Shown in pieces: positions 49,228-61,216 of a stretch of 64,000 nt of DNA; the first letter of the stretch is position 1; every line of letters begins with the position of its first letter. The position numbers and the translations under genes are program-made. Below the pieces are notes generated by a model, which saw only the letters and a program-made list of their open reading frames with translations, was not told the origin of the DNA and made no database searches. This DNA is from Eledone cirrhosa. Its lineage: Eukaryota. Location of the stretch: contig OZ024743.1 of NCBI GenBank assembly GCA_964016885.1, forward strand, positions 95,480,001 to 95,544,000, in the 5' to 3' direction.

Positions 49228-51440
49228 TGGGGTTCTATTACCAGTGGCACTATCATCACAGCAATGGGGTTAGATCTATTACCAGTGCTACTATGAACAC
49301 AGCAGTGGGTTCTATTACCAGTGGTACTATCAACACAGCAGTGGGATTAGATCTATTAACAGTGGTACTATCAACACTGCAGTTGGGTTCTATTACCAGT
49401 GGTACTATCAAGACAGCAGTGGGATTAGATCTATTAACAGTGGTACTATCAACACTGCAGTTGGGTTCTATTACCAGTGGTACTATCAAGACAGCAGTGA
49501 TATTAGATCTATTAAGAGTGGTACTAACAACACAGCGGTGGGTTTATATTAACAGTGGTACTATCAACTCAGCGGTGGGGTTCTATTAACAGTGGTACTA
49601 TAAACACAGCAGTGGGTTCTATTACCAGTGGTACTATCAACACAGCAGTGGGATTAGATCTATTAACAGTGGTACTATCAACACAGTAGTGGGGTTCTAT
49701 TACCAGTGGTACTATCAACACAGCAGTGGGGTTAGATCTATTACCAGTGGTACTATCAATACAGCAGTGGGGTTAGATCTATTAACAGTGGTACTATCAA
49801 CACAGCAGTGGGGTTCTATTAACAGTGGTACTATGAACACAGTAGCGGGGTTCTATTACCAGTGGTACTATCAACACAGCAGTGGGGTTAGATCTATTAA
49901 CAGTGGTACTATCAACACAGCAGTGGGGTTCTATTAACAGTGGTACTATGAACACAGTAGCGGGGGTTCTATTACCAGTGGTACTATCAACACAGCAGTG
50001 GGGTTAGATCTATTAACAGTGGTACTATCAACACAGCAGTGGGGTTCTATTAACAGTGGTACTATGAACACAGTAGCGGGGTTCTATTACCAGTGGTACT
50101 ATCAACACAGCAGTGGGGTTAGATTTATTAACAGTGGTACTATCAACACAGCGGTGGGGTTCTATTAACAGTGGTACTATGAACACAGTAGCGGGGTTCT
50201 ATTACCAGTGGTACTATCAAGACAGCAGTGATATTAGATCTATTAACAGTGGTACTATCAACACAGCAGTGGGGTTCTATTAACAGTGGTACTATGAACA
50301 CAGTAGCGGGGTTCTATTACCAGTGGTACTATCAACACAGCAGTGGGGTTAGATTTATTAACAGTGGTACTATCAACACAGCGGTGGGGTTCTATTAACA
50401 GTGGTACTATCAACACAGCGGCGGGGTTCTATTAACAGTGGTACTATCAACACAGCGGTGGGGTTCTATTAACAGTGGTACTATCAACACAGCAGTGGGG
50501 TTCTATTAACAGTGGTACTATCAACACAGCGGTGGGGTTCTATTAACAGTGGTACTATGAACACAGTAGCGGGGTTCTATTACCAGTGGTACTATCAACA
50601 CAGCAGTGGGGTTAGATCTATTACCAGTGGTACTATCAACACAGCAGTGGGGTTAGATCTATTAACAGTGGTACTATCAACACAGCGGTGGGGTTCTATT
50701 AACAGTGGTACTATTAACACAACGGTGGGGTTCTATTAACAGTGGTACTATCAACACAGCAGTAGGGTTCTATTAACTGTGGTACTATCAACACAGCAGT
50801 AGGGTTCTATTAACTGTGGTACTATCAACACAGCGGTGGGGTTCTATTAACAGTGGTACTATCAACACAGCAGTAGGGTTCTATTAACTGTGGTACTATC
50901 AACACAGCGGTGGGGTTCTATTAACAGTGGTACTATCAACACAGCAGTGGGATTAGATCTATTAACAGTGGTACTATTAACACAGCGGTGGGGTTCTATT
51001 AACAGTGGTACTATCAACACAGCAGTAGGGTTCTATTAACTGTGGTACTATCAACACAGTAGTGGTGTTCTATTACCAGTGGTACTATCAACACACAGTA
51101 GGGTTCTATGAACAGTGGTACTATCAACACAGCAGTGGGTGTTAGTTCTATTAACAGTGGTACTATCAACACAGCAGTGCTATCAACACAGCAGTGGGAT
51201 TAGATCTATTAACAGTGGTACTATCAACACAGCAGTGGGGTTCTATTACCAGTGGTCCTATCAACACAGCAGTGGGGTCAGATTTATTAACAGTGGTACT
51301 ATCAACACAGCGGTGGGGTTCTATTAACAGTGGTACTATCAACACAGCAGTGGGGTTCTATTAACAGTGGTACTATCAACACAGCAGTAGTGTTCTATTA
51401 ACAGTGGTACTATCAACACAGCAGTAGGGTTCTATTACCA
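49228..51440. repeat. Second satellite: 37-bp (GTGGTACTATCAACACAGCAGTGGGGTTCTATTAACA) and 41-bp (+TAGA) monomers
   Basis: Directly visible; 115-bp trimer periodicity at ~49.8-50.4 kb. Confidence 0.97.
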
Positions 51441-52152
51441 CATATAGGTGCTATAAACATATCAATGTTAGATGGTTAACCCACCTTGTTGAGCTTAGCA
51501 GAAGAGTTATCTTTTAAAGACCAGTTCATCCCATATATTCCTTGTATTCCTACTACTAGTTACAAGTTAACAGCAATATCAGAATTAATAAAACAACAAA
51601 ACAGTTTTGCTAACAGAAATATTATATTTTCCCAATAATTCTTCGTTCAACCAGATTTTTACAGATGTAGCTACATGTAATTAGATATGATTAAAGGCCA
51701 GAGTCTCCCTAGCATAATAGTTAACCCACCCACCTGGCATTCAAGAAATGTAGTGTTTGATTCCTCGCATGCACCCTTGGCACCTCATGTTTCGTCTCCG
51801 GTGGTACTTTATATGATTTTCTCACCTATTATTTAAAGTGATCAACTATTATTTTGGCCATTTGCGTTAGGACTACAACATTGCAAATTTTCCCGATGCT
51901 TCTTAAGTTAACCAGTTGTATAAATAGTATTTAACCATCCCTAATCACTTTGTCACATTAGTAGTAAAGAGAACCTATGACAAATACTACTTTTTAGTGT
52001 TTTTACTTTATTTTTGCAGTTCGATTCACTTCCTGTTTTTCACTTCCGTCTATATCACTTCCGTGTATATCTTGTAAGGAATTGAATTAAATATCAATTA
52101 CCATTAATGTAGAAATACAACTGTCACTACTCTACGATCGATTATTTAAAAC

Positions 52153-52453
52153 AATGGACCTCCGTTGGTTTCGACGATGTGCACTTCAGTTGTTCGATCA
52201 AGCCTGTTCATGAAATAATATTGTAAGCAGATGAACGTTCCACACACACTGTAAATCTCAGGGAGATTCAGCATAACACAGTGTGTAACAGGGCAGGCTT
52301 TTTGGGTCACAGGGATAACTCATTTTTGCTCACTGAGTAGACTGTGGCAACATGAAATAAAGGGCTTGCTCAAGGACAAAACCTGACAACAGAAATCAAA
52401 CTCATGATCTTGCAGTTGTGGGCCGAAACCCTTAACCACTAAGCCAGGCACCT
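52153..52453 (-). mobile_element. tRNA-derived SINE, near full length
   Basis: Minus strand TGGCTTAGTGGTTAAGG (A box), GAGTTTGATTTC (B box), GTCCTTGAGCAAGCCCTTTATTTCA central domain, shared 3' end ...AACGGAGGTCCA. Confidence 0.8.
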
Positions 52454-52795
52454 TGATCGTAAGCAGTTGGATCGAAGGAGGATAGGTGTGACAATAGGAA
52501 TCACTACATTGGAAGCTCTGCCTGGTTCAGGATAACACTCTACATTCTGATATGACAGGATGGACTGTGAATAGCAGTGTACTCTTCACTATGCAGTTTA
52601 TTTCGCTACACTTGCAGATTCTGGTGATGTTTACAGAGGAAGTGGCTGAAACAGACTTGGTGAAAGATAATTACTGCTCTTCCACTCATCAGTGGTGTCA
52701 TCCCAGCAGCTAATACGACGTTATTGATTTTGCAGCTATTTTCATATGTGGACACAGCATGGCCAAATAGTTAAGAAGTTTGCGACACAATCATA

Positions 52796-52937
52796 TCTGT
52801 GTATGTATGTATGTATGTATGTTTGGTTGTATATATGTATGTATGTATGTAAATATGTATGTTTGGTTGTATGTATGTATGTATGTTTGTATGTTTGTAT
52901 GTATGTATGTATGTTTGTATGTATATATATATGTATG
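52796..52937. repeat. (TATG)n microsatellite
   Basis: Directly visible; a second tract lies at 53541-53676. Confidence 0.9.
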
Positions 52938-53540
52938 TCAGGTCACCAGTTGGTGCGACTGGTAACATGTATCCCAGTACAACCTGTCCCATGGTCGGGT
53001 CGTTGGCGACTAAACTGGCAACCCCACCAACGTTTCTTGGTGAGGAGAGTGACTTTGGACATCCTGCAGGAATAAAAACAAAACCTGTCAAAGGGCAAAA
53101 GAGCTCTTAAGAGTCAATGGCCATCCAAAATCACCGGGAGAGATGACCCCTTAGCCTTTGTCAAGGCAGAATTCTAGGAGAAGGAAAACTCTGATATAAC
53201 ACCTGCAACTATGATGGTATCCAATGATGTTGACTTGTTCTTCTTTTTGGTGAATATCATCTTGGTTAAGAGAGTGGGACTGGCTTTGTGCAGTTCCTTT
53301 ACTCACTATAAAAGCTTCACGGCACAGGCATTGCTTTATATCTGGAGATCTCTCTGCACTTGTCGTCACATGGTATCATGGGCCCAGCACTATGTGTCAA
53401 TAATTGTCACAAGTGCAGTGTTTGTACCAGAGTTTTCAAGTCGCTGGCTGGACTAAAAACTCACACTCGTTCAGCACATCAGTTCTCCTACATGGATATG
53501 AAGTAGTGGCCGTACTCGAAAACGAGTTGGCAGCCGCCAT
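52938..53540 (+). mobile_element. Internally deleted RTE-type LINE derivative (5'-UTR-like part joined to ORF end and 3' UTR)
   Basis: C2H2 finger CSVCTRVFKSLAGLKTHTRSAH from 53414, stop at 53504-53506, short 3' UTR then (TATG)n. Upstream CTAGGAGAAGGAAAACTCTGA is recalled as an RTE 5'-UTR motif. Confidence 0.6.
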
Positions 53541-53570
53541 ATATGTATGTATGCATGTTTGTATGCACGC

Positions 53571-53603
<33 letters not shown>

Positions 53604-54023
53604 TGTATGTATGTATGTATGTATGTATGTATGTATGTATGTATGTATGCGTGTATGTATGTGTTTATGTATGTATACCCAGAACTAAAATTGCCTGTTA
53701 CTTGTAAAATACTTAAAGCTACATAATCCTAGAGATCCACTACAAAAGCATAACAATGGAAAGCACGCCGCTAAAACCGCTTCCTTCGGAATATGAGTCT
53801 AAGTGGATTTAGAAACCCTAACGGAATTACGAACGTTATTGGTCCAAACCGACTTGGGGTTAAACAAATATATAATACGTATATGTGTATAACACTGTGT
53901 TGGAGCACCAATACAAATCTTTTAACAACCAGTACATTTAAATATACAATGTATAATCTTAATTAACATGCACCTAAAAGCTCTAAAATAAGGCTTCAAT
54001 ATATAAACATGCTTGAGTTTGTC

Positions 54024-54071
<48 letters not shown>

Positions 54072-55475
54072 TGTGTGTGTGTGTGTGTGTGTATGTGTGT
54101 GTGTGTGTGTATCATCATCATCCTCATCAAATTCCTGCAACTGGTGCAACCAGACGTTGGGGTTGTCACTTTAGACCAGCGTTGCTCTCCCGGAAATCTA
54201 ATGTCCCGCAAGAGGTTGTTAGGGGTTCTGCGAGAAACAGTGATAAATAAGCTAATGCATTTTTGAGTAATTTTTGTTTCATGTTATATTTGTAATTCTA
54301 TTTTACACGTCCGACATATTTGAAATTCCTTGGTTGTTATAATAAAAGCTTCAACCTCTTATATTATTCCAACCTAGGTCATTACCCATCGCTACGTTGC
54401 CGGTAAAATGCATACACACACAAATAATAAAGAGATAACTCTATGTATTATATATATATATAAAGTGTGATGGAAAAATATCACGTTTTTTTATGCCTGT
54501 GTTGCTTTGTCTATATGTGTTATACCTATGTATATTTGGTTATGTTTGTGTGTGTTTACAGATTTTTGTGTGAATGAAAACTTTGGTGTGAGGTCTCGTA
54601 AAGGAACAGTCTGATTGTTTTTGCATTGCCAATAAATTTGACAAAAAAATGGGGTCATTTTTCCTTAAACCAGTTATCCGAAAAAATATATTATGTTTAC
54701 ACTCGGGTCCCAAATAATAGTGGGGCTGGAATAAAAGCATGAAGGGTGAGAAAAACTGAAAAATTAATAAGTGGAGGGTGGCGGGGGGGGGGGCATTATT
54801 CAAGACCTGACAGTACCCAGGGAACTACGAGGAACCTGTACAGTTGGAACTTCGCTAGAAAGCTAATGGACTTGCTTTTCCATATGATGTTAAGCTTTGC
54901 TATGACAGAAGAAACCAGGCCGAGGATTCAAGTATTGTTATCTACTTTAGTGATCTGTTGCCATTGGTTAACGTGAATCCTATATATTTGAAGATATCCA
55001 CTTCAAGTTTTTCTGTATGTGTATATATATTATATAGAAATGGCTTCTGCAAGACTAGAACTATTTCATTCGTATGAAATCATCGGAACATCACTTTCCC
55101 CTGCTACCATCACTACAGTAGCTCTTACTCATCTACCTCTGGCTTGCCAGCACCAGCGTTGATATATATGCCTGCCGGAAGCCGATATGTGAACATCCCT
55201 TCGACGACAGGCATATCAAAAACCAAAAACAAAAAGAAAACGTTGATTTCGTTTCAACACCTGTTTGGTAACAACGCATAAGATAACTATGACGTAATGA
55301 TATCTTAATGCCTCTAAAATGTGCATAAAAGGTATGATGTAAGAACAATAAACCGAAGTTAAATGTGTGAAACCGCTTCTTTTTTTCTCCCTAATATTGA
55401 TACTCCATCTGATACAATACACTTATTGATACCCATGACGTGGATAAACCAACACTAAGTATTCAAACAAATCTC

Positions 55476-55563
<88 letters not shown>

Positions 55564-56379
55564 CCTGTATGCTTTACTTCGATTCTTCGCCAGTGCTGTT
55601 GATGTGGATGCTGTCGTGTTCAGCAAATCATTGTAAGGTGAATTAAATGTTGTGATGGATATCTCTACGAATATCATAAAAAGAATGTCGAGTGATTTTA
55701 CAAGATAATTGTGGCTTTTCTGTTGGAGATAGTATTTATCTTAAATTTGATGAATAGTCTCCCACGCGACTTCTCGCGTTAAATGTGTGTATATATGTGT
55801 ATGTGTGCGTGTGTATATCTGTGTGTGCATATGTGTGTATGAGTGTATGTGTATGTGTGTATGAGTGCAAATAGTAGATATAAACAGATTATTGTGATCT
55901 TATTGCGCCGAAGCCTTTTTACTAACTATAGTCGGTTGATAATATTATCCCTGATTATAATACGAGGTTTTGATTTTATGAACATTACCCGGTAAAAAAG
56001 ACGATGTTAACCTTTGTGTAACGGTGACAGGTTATGTTAACCGTTAATCCGAGAATTGAATATATTTAGCTTAAGAGATAAGAAATATTTGAAAAGATAT
56101 TGAATTTTCTTTTTATTACAGTAGGTTAAATAAGTAATCAATTTATATTCGTTTATTTGAATTGAAGTTTGAAGGAAAACGGATTTTGTTATTGTATTAT
56201 CAGAATAGATATCTTGACGGGGATATAATTGAATAGAATATATTAGGGTGTAGGAGGCTGTTTTCATTGGATTTAAACACTAATTCTCATTAAATGAAAT
56301 TAAACTTTACATTTGGAATAGAATGAATCAGAGCAACAGAATGCTTATGAAATTAACGCACAAGAGCTTGAGCATTTTA

Positions 56380-56600
56380 CAGACACATATACACTTAAAG
56401 TAATATTCAAGGAGATTTGGTGTGACACTGTGTGTGTGACAAGACTGGCTCCTGGAATTACGTCCGACAGACATACAAACAGTTCCCATCTTGCCACTGT
56501 CACTCACTAATAGAGTAGATGCTAATGTAAAGTACACTTACTCAAGATAACACGCAGTGGGATTGAAACCGGGAACAAACTCATGATTTTAAGGAGTGCT
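56380..56600 (-). mobile_element. Highly decayed SINE of the 52153-52453 family
   Basis: GTGACACTGTGTGTGTGACAAGACTGG, ACTTACTCAAGATAACAC and AAACTCATGAT line up with the 52.2-52.4 kb copy. Confidence 0.45.
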
Positions 56601-56745
56601 GTGTACCATGTATGAATGTATGTATTTTTCTATGCATGCATTTTTGTATGAATATATATATATGTATGTATGTTTCTATGTATATTTGCATACATGTATG
56701 TATGAATGTATCTAAACATGTATGTATATATATACATGTATGTAT

Positions 56746-57301
56746 GTTCTTCTGGTTTTATAATTTCACAAAGTTTTACCAATAGAGAGTCGGTTTCTAA
56801 CATAGACACAAGACTCTCTCATTGGAATTTACACAACATCAACTAGGTAGATATGTATGTATGCATGCATGTGTAGATATGGATGTTATTGTATGTATGG
56901 ATGTGTATGTTTTGAGTTGTATGTGTGCATGTGTATATGCTTTGTATCTGTACATGTGTATATGCAGTTATTAGATGCAACATTTTTGGAATGTTTTACA
57001 TATTTTTACTGTTCCATTAATGGATTGTACTTGTAGTTTCCTAACTAGTTGTGTTCTTTCTGTTCCTGTGAAGCCTAGCTTCTCAAGATTTGTATTGAGG
57101 CAGTTACTAACATATCCCAGTGCCCCAATAATCACAGGCATAAATCTGAAGGTGTAATCAGGGTGGAGTATCTACAGATTTCTCATCAGTTCTGCATAAA
57201 TATTCTCCTTTTCACTAATCTTTGATATTATATTGGCATCTGCTGGGCAGCTAATTTCCACTACTGTGCATGTTTTCTTCTCCCTGTCCCATATCATATC
57301 T
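56746..57301 (-). mobile_element. 5'-truncated non-LTR retrotransposon with restriction-like endonuclease (R4/Dong-like), embedded in (CATA)n
   Basis: 57300 to 56971 translates DMIWDREKKTCTVVEISCPADANIISKISEKENIYAELMRNL*ILHPDYTFRFMPVIIGALG...CKTFQKCCI*, the RLE C-terminal pattern, with one in-frame stop; (TATG)n on both sides. Confidence 0.8.
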
Positions 57302-57537
57302 TATGTATGTATGTATGTATGTATGTATGTATGTATGTATGTATGTATGTATGTATGTATGTACCTACGTATTTATGCATGTATGTATCTGTGTATAAAA
57401 CAATACAATTTATTAATAAGGCAGAAATTATATGTGTGTGTATTAAAGTTTAATTAATATGTATACTTATTACGATGTTTTATTTTCAACAAGCGAACTC
57501 AGGTTAGAACGCTTGAATACAAAGTTATGTCATCGTG

Positions 57538-58071
57538 AGTGGAGGAAACACGACCGAATGGCGAAGAATTTCAATTGGCAACCATTGAACCCTGGGTTCA
57601 ATGGCACTGTGTAACATCGTGGACAAATGTCACTTACCATAGCTTCAAGTCTACTATTGTGAGTAAAACTGGGTTAAAGGAAACTGATTAGAAACAAAGG
57701 ATATAGTGCACTTGTAATTAAATGGGGTAACCATGTCACGCTGAATCCCCCTGATAATAACTGTTTCTACATTTGGCACAGGGCCATCAATTACCCAGTA
57801 CATTACTGGTACTTTATTTTATCGACCCCGTAAGGATGAAAGGCAAAGTTAACCTCGGCGGGATTTGAACTCAGACCGTAAAGGGACGTAACTATGCTGG
57901 AAAGCATGGCGTCCGACCCTCTACCGATACTGCCAATCCACCGCCCTTGTAATAACGTTAAGGATACACGTGTCTATGGGATGCTTAGCCACTTACACGG
58001 TAATATTATGAATTGCCTGTTCCGTTGATCAAACAAATGGAACATTCATCAATGAAACCGACGGAGGTCCA
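57538..58071 (+). mobile_element. Old tRNA-derived SINE interrupted by a second SINE
   Basis: B-box-like GGGTTCAAT; body GTCACGCTGAATCCCCCTGA resumes after the insert; 3' end GAAACCGACGGAGGTCCA. Confidence 0.65.
57762..57949 (-). mobile_element. Nested tRNA-derived SINE of a second family, 7-bp TSD TAATAAC
   Basis: Minus strand TGGCAGTATCGG (A box), GAGTTCAAATCC (B box), GCCTTTCATCCTTACGGGGTCGATAAAATAAAGTACC central domain; TAATAAC at 57755-57761 and 57950-57956. Confidence 0.8.
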
Positions 58072-58379
58072 ATCTATGGCATCGTCTGCCTTATTACCGT
58101 TTCGTGTGTCTATCAGAACCCTCTCTCCTTATAGTATTTATACTAGTTCTCTCCCATCTTGTCTCTCCAATGAATTAGGACACATGTGTGTTTGGTATAT
58201 ATTGCATATTACATTTTTTAATGTTATATATTAATGCTACATTAACACATCTAAATCCTATACAGGCAAACTCAGCAAACATTAGTATGGGACAAATAGA
58301 ACACTATTTCAGGGATACATACTAACAGATATTGTATCCTCTATTCTAGTTGTGAGGAGAAGCGAAGAGACGACTGTAG

Positions 58380-58448
<69 letters not shown>

Positions 58449-58671
58449 CAGACAGACAAAGAGAGAAAGAGAGAGAGAGAGACAGACAGACAAAGAGAGA
58501 AAGAGAGAGAGAGAGTTTTAAAGGGCGTAGGCCTTCTAGCCGAGAGAAAGGAGAAAGGTCCCCTTTACAATGACACCATTTATCTATCTATCGATCTTTC
58601 TATCAATCTATTTATCTACACACACACACACACATATATACACACACATGTATATATATATACACACACAT

Positions 58672-58704
<33 letters not shown>

Positions 58705-59192
58705 CACATTTCTGTCTTTCTATCCATCCATCTACATTGATACAACATTAATACATCTAAGGTATATAGAGTTTAAATCATATATTATCGGTATCTAACA
58801 AACAGAAACACTGTTTCAGAGACAGTAATAGTCACTGTTTAACCTATTGTAGTTGTGTGTAGGCGTTCATGTTGGTAGAATTACGCTGCAAATGTTCTAT
58901 AATAAAATTTTTTATGAATCAAAAATTACGTAGGCGAAGAATCAATAGCCTATTTTTCTGTCTTTACAAATATCAAAAAATTAAAAATGCAAAACGAACT
59001 GAAAAAATAAAGAAATTCTGCCGGAAAAGATAAAACGTGATTTGGTATGCTTTTCTTAAAAACTTCATTAAACTAGGAGACAAATAATCTTGGTAGGTGA
59101 AACAAGCTTATACTAGACGTGGGAGTTGTGTTTCACAGTTACAAGTTGATGTTTCCTTCTTCAGATATAACCTAATATTTATGTGTGTCTAT

Positions 59193-59225
<33 letters not shown>

Positions 59226-59479
59226 AATATGGGATAACAAGTTATCGTTATAGGCAATCCACTTAGAGGTAGTCCAGTTAGAGTACTCCGTGTTGTGGAT
59301 GGTATTAACGTATGGCTTAGTTTGACTCAACAAGACGCTTCCATAGTGATGCAGCGAGTTCACGGTGATTTCTATGTAGGTTATACTTGGAGTAATAATA
59401 ATTCAAGAGATAAGAGTAACATGGTTGTCTGTACAATAAGGGCTTTAGTCACAGTGCTGACAATTGTTTCTTTGATCTA

Positions 59480-59822
59480 GTAGGTCTAGAGTTCGCTAAT
59501 CGCTCGATGTTACGTCAATCGAACTCCAATATTATGTTTATAACCAGTTAATTGATCAGAGCGAGTGAATGTGAGGATAATATACAAGGCATGGCTTTTA
59601 TATTGATGTTATTAATTTAACTATATAGTATCTAGTTATTTTGTTATTGATATTACTGTTCTGGTCTAATACCACTCCTCTATAAAAGCTATGCCTTGTA
59701 TATTATCCTCACATTCGTTCGCTCTGATGAATTAACTGGTTATAAACATAATATTCGAGTTCGATTGACGCAACATCTAACGATTAGGGAACTCTAGACC
59801 TACCAGCACTCCATTTTTCTTA
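59480..59822. mobile_element. Fold-back element: 123-bp inverted arms (59480-59602 / 59681-59803), 78-bp spacer, 19-bp tail
   Basis: GTAGGTCTAGAGTTC...GGCTTTTATA versus TATAAAAGCT...GAACTCTAGACCTAC; tail CAGCACTCCATTTTTCTTA repeated at 60320-60338. Confidence 0.75.
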
Positions 59823-60334
59823 TATTTATATTTTTTCCTCAGCTGCGATTGTCTGTTTCTTTCTTACTGCTTCCCCTCTCTCTGTATCACTCACCTTTTT
59901 ACCCCCTCTGCCAGTCACACTCTCTCTCTCTCGGCTGGCCTCTTCCTCACACTTACACTCACTCACTCTCTGCTTCTCCCCCTCTCTCACTTCCTCCCGT
60001 TTGACCTGTGTGAAATCCTTTTCTCGCTCACATATCACCCATGTCTGATGGTCTGTATCTCTCGTCCATGAATTCACCAAGCCTAAACTTACAGATATCA
60101 TGTACTTGTCTCTTCCTATCTTTCCGTTGCAATACCATCGTTGTTTGTTTACATGTCTCGCTCGTTTCACGCTATTTTACTTGTCCCAATAACTTTATTT
60201 AGTTATTGCTTGCACCAACCAGAGGTATATGATTTTTAAAGCGATGAAATACCAATGAAGGTTGGAAGATCACTGATGAAGGACTAATTTTATTCATATG
60301 TAACCCATGTGCAACCACGCAGCACTCCATTTTT

Positions 60335-60336
<2 letters not shown>

Positions 60337-60431
<95 letters not shown>

Positions 60432-60807
60432 GAAGTAATTCCGTCGGAAAGGTCCAGGGAAAAAGAGTGCTCTATGTAGGTTACAGAGCTTAATAGTTAT
60501 GTAATAAACAACATAAGGCAATTATTTCATTTACCATTCCTACGATAACTCAACCACCCTGAACTTCTTCTCTGCTCTCTACGCATTACATCCACTACGA
60601 TTTTTTTTCACCTTCTGAATTCACTTTCTGTACTCTTATATTCTTTTTCTCCCTTATCTCCCCTTATATTTAAACCTTTTCCTATGTCATTTATTTTCCT
60701 TACCCCCCCCCCCCCTACTTTCTACCTCACCCTTCACATACCCACCTTTTTTATTTTTAGATATTTATTTCTGTGTGTGTGTGTGTGTTGCGCATATGTG
60801 TGTGTGC

Positions 60808-60869
<62 letters not shown>

Positions 60870-60962
60870 AAGTATATGTATGTGTGTATGTATGTTTATA
60901 TATCTGTATGTATATGTATGTGTGTACATAATTGTATTTATTATGCTTCTGTTGTATTTGTG

Positions 60963-61021
<59 letters not shown>

Positions 61022-61182
61022 CGTGTGTATATTTGTGTGTGTGTATTTTTATATAATTGTTTTTGTGTGTATATATATAAGAGCCTCAGAAAGGGCTTGA
61101 GCTCTGCCGTGGGGTCATACTTTTTCCTATATGTGTCTATTTATACGTATATGTATGTATATGTGTGTGTATTTGTATGGTT

Positions 61183-61216
<34 letters not shown>

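Noticed and set aside
14401-51440. CRISPR-like 37-38-bp repeats
   Set aside because: Monomers are directly adjacent with no unique spacers, there are no cas genes, and the context is eukaryotic.
51700-51775. tRNA-like A/B boxes (TAGCATAATAGTTA, GTTTGATTCC)
   Set aside because: No cloverleaf can be drawn; at most a decayed SINE head, not a tRNA gene.
52560-52740. Possible host exon after TTGCAG
   Set aside because: Short frame ending in a stop, no donor site and no recognisable protein similarity.
54111-54240. Possible LINE 3' end with (GAT)n tail on the minus strand
   Set aside because: Too short and lacks diagnostic motifs for assignment.
57165-57200. Minus-strand CTGATGAGAAA hammerhead-like core
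   Set aside because: It lies in the RLE coding remnant (ELMRNL) and has no stem I or II.
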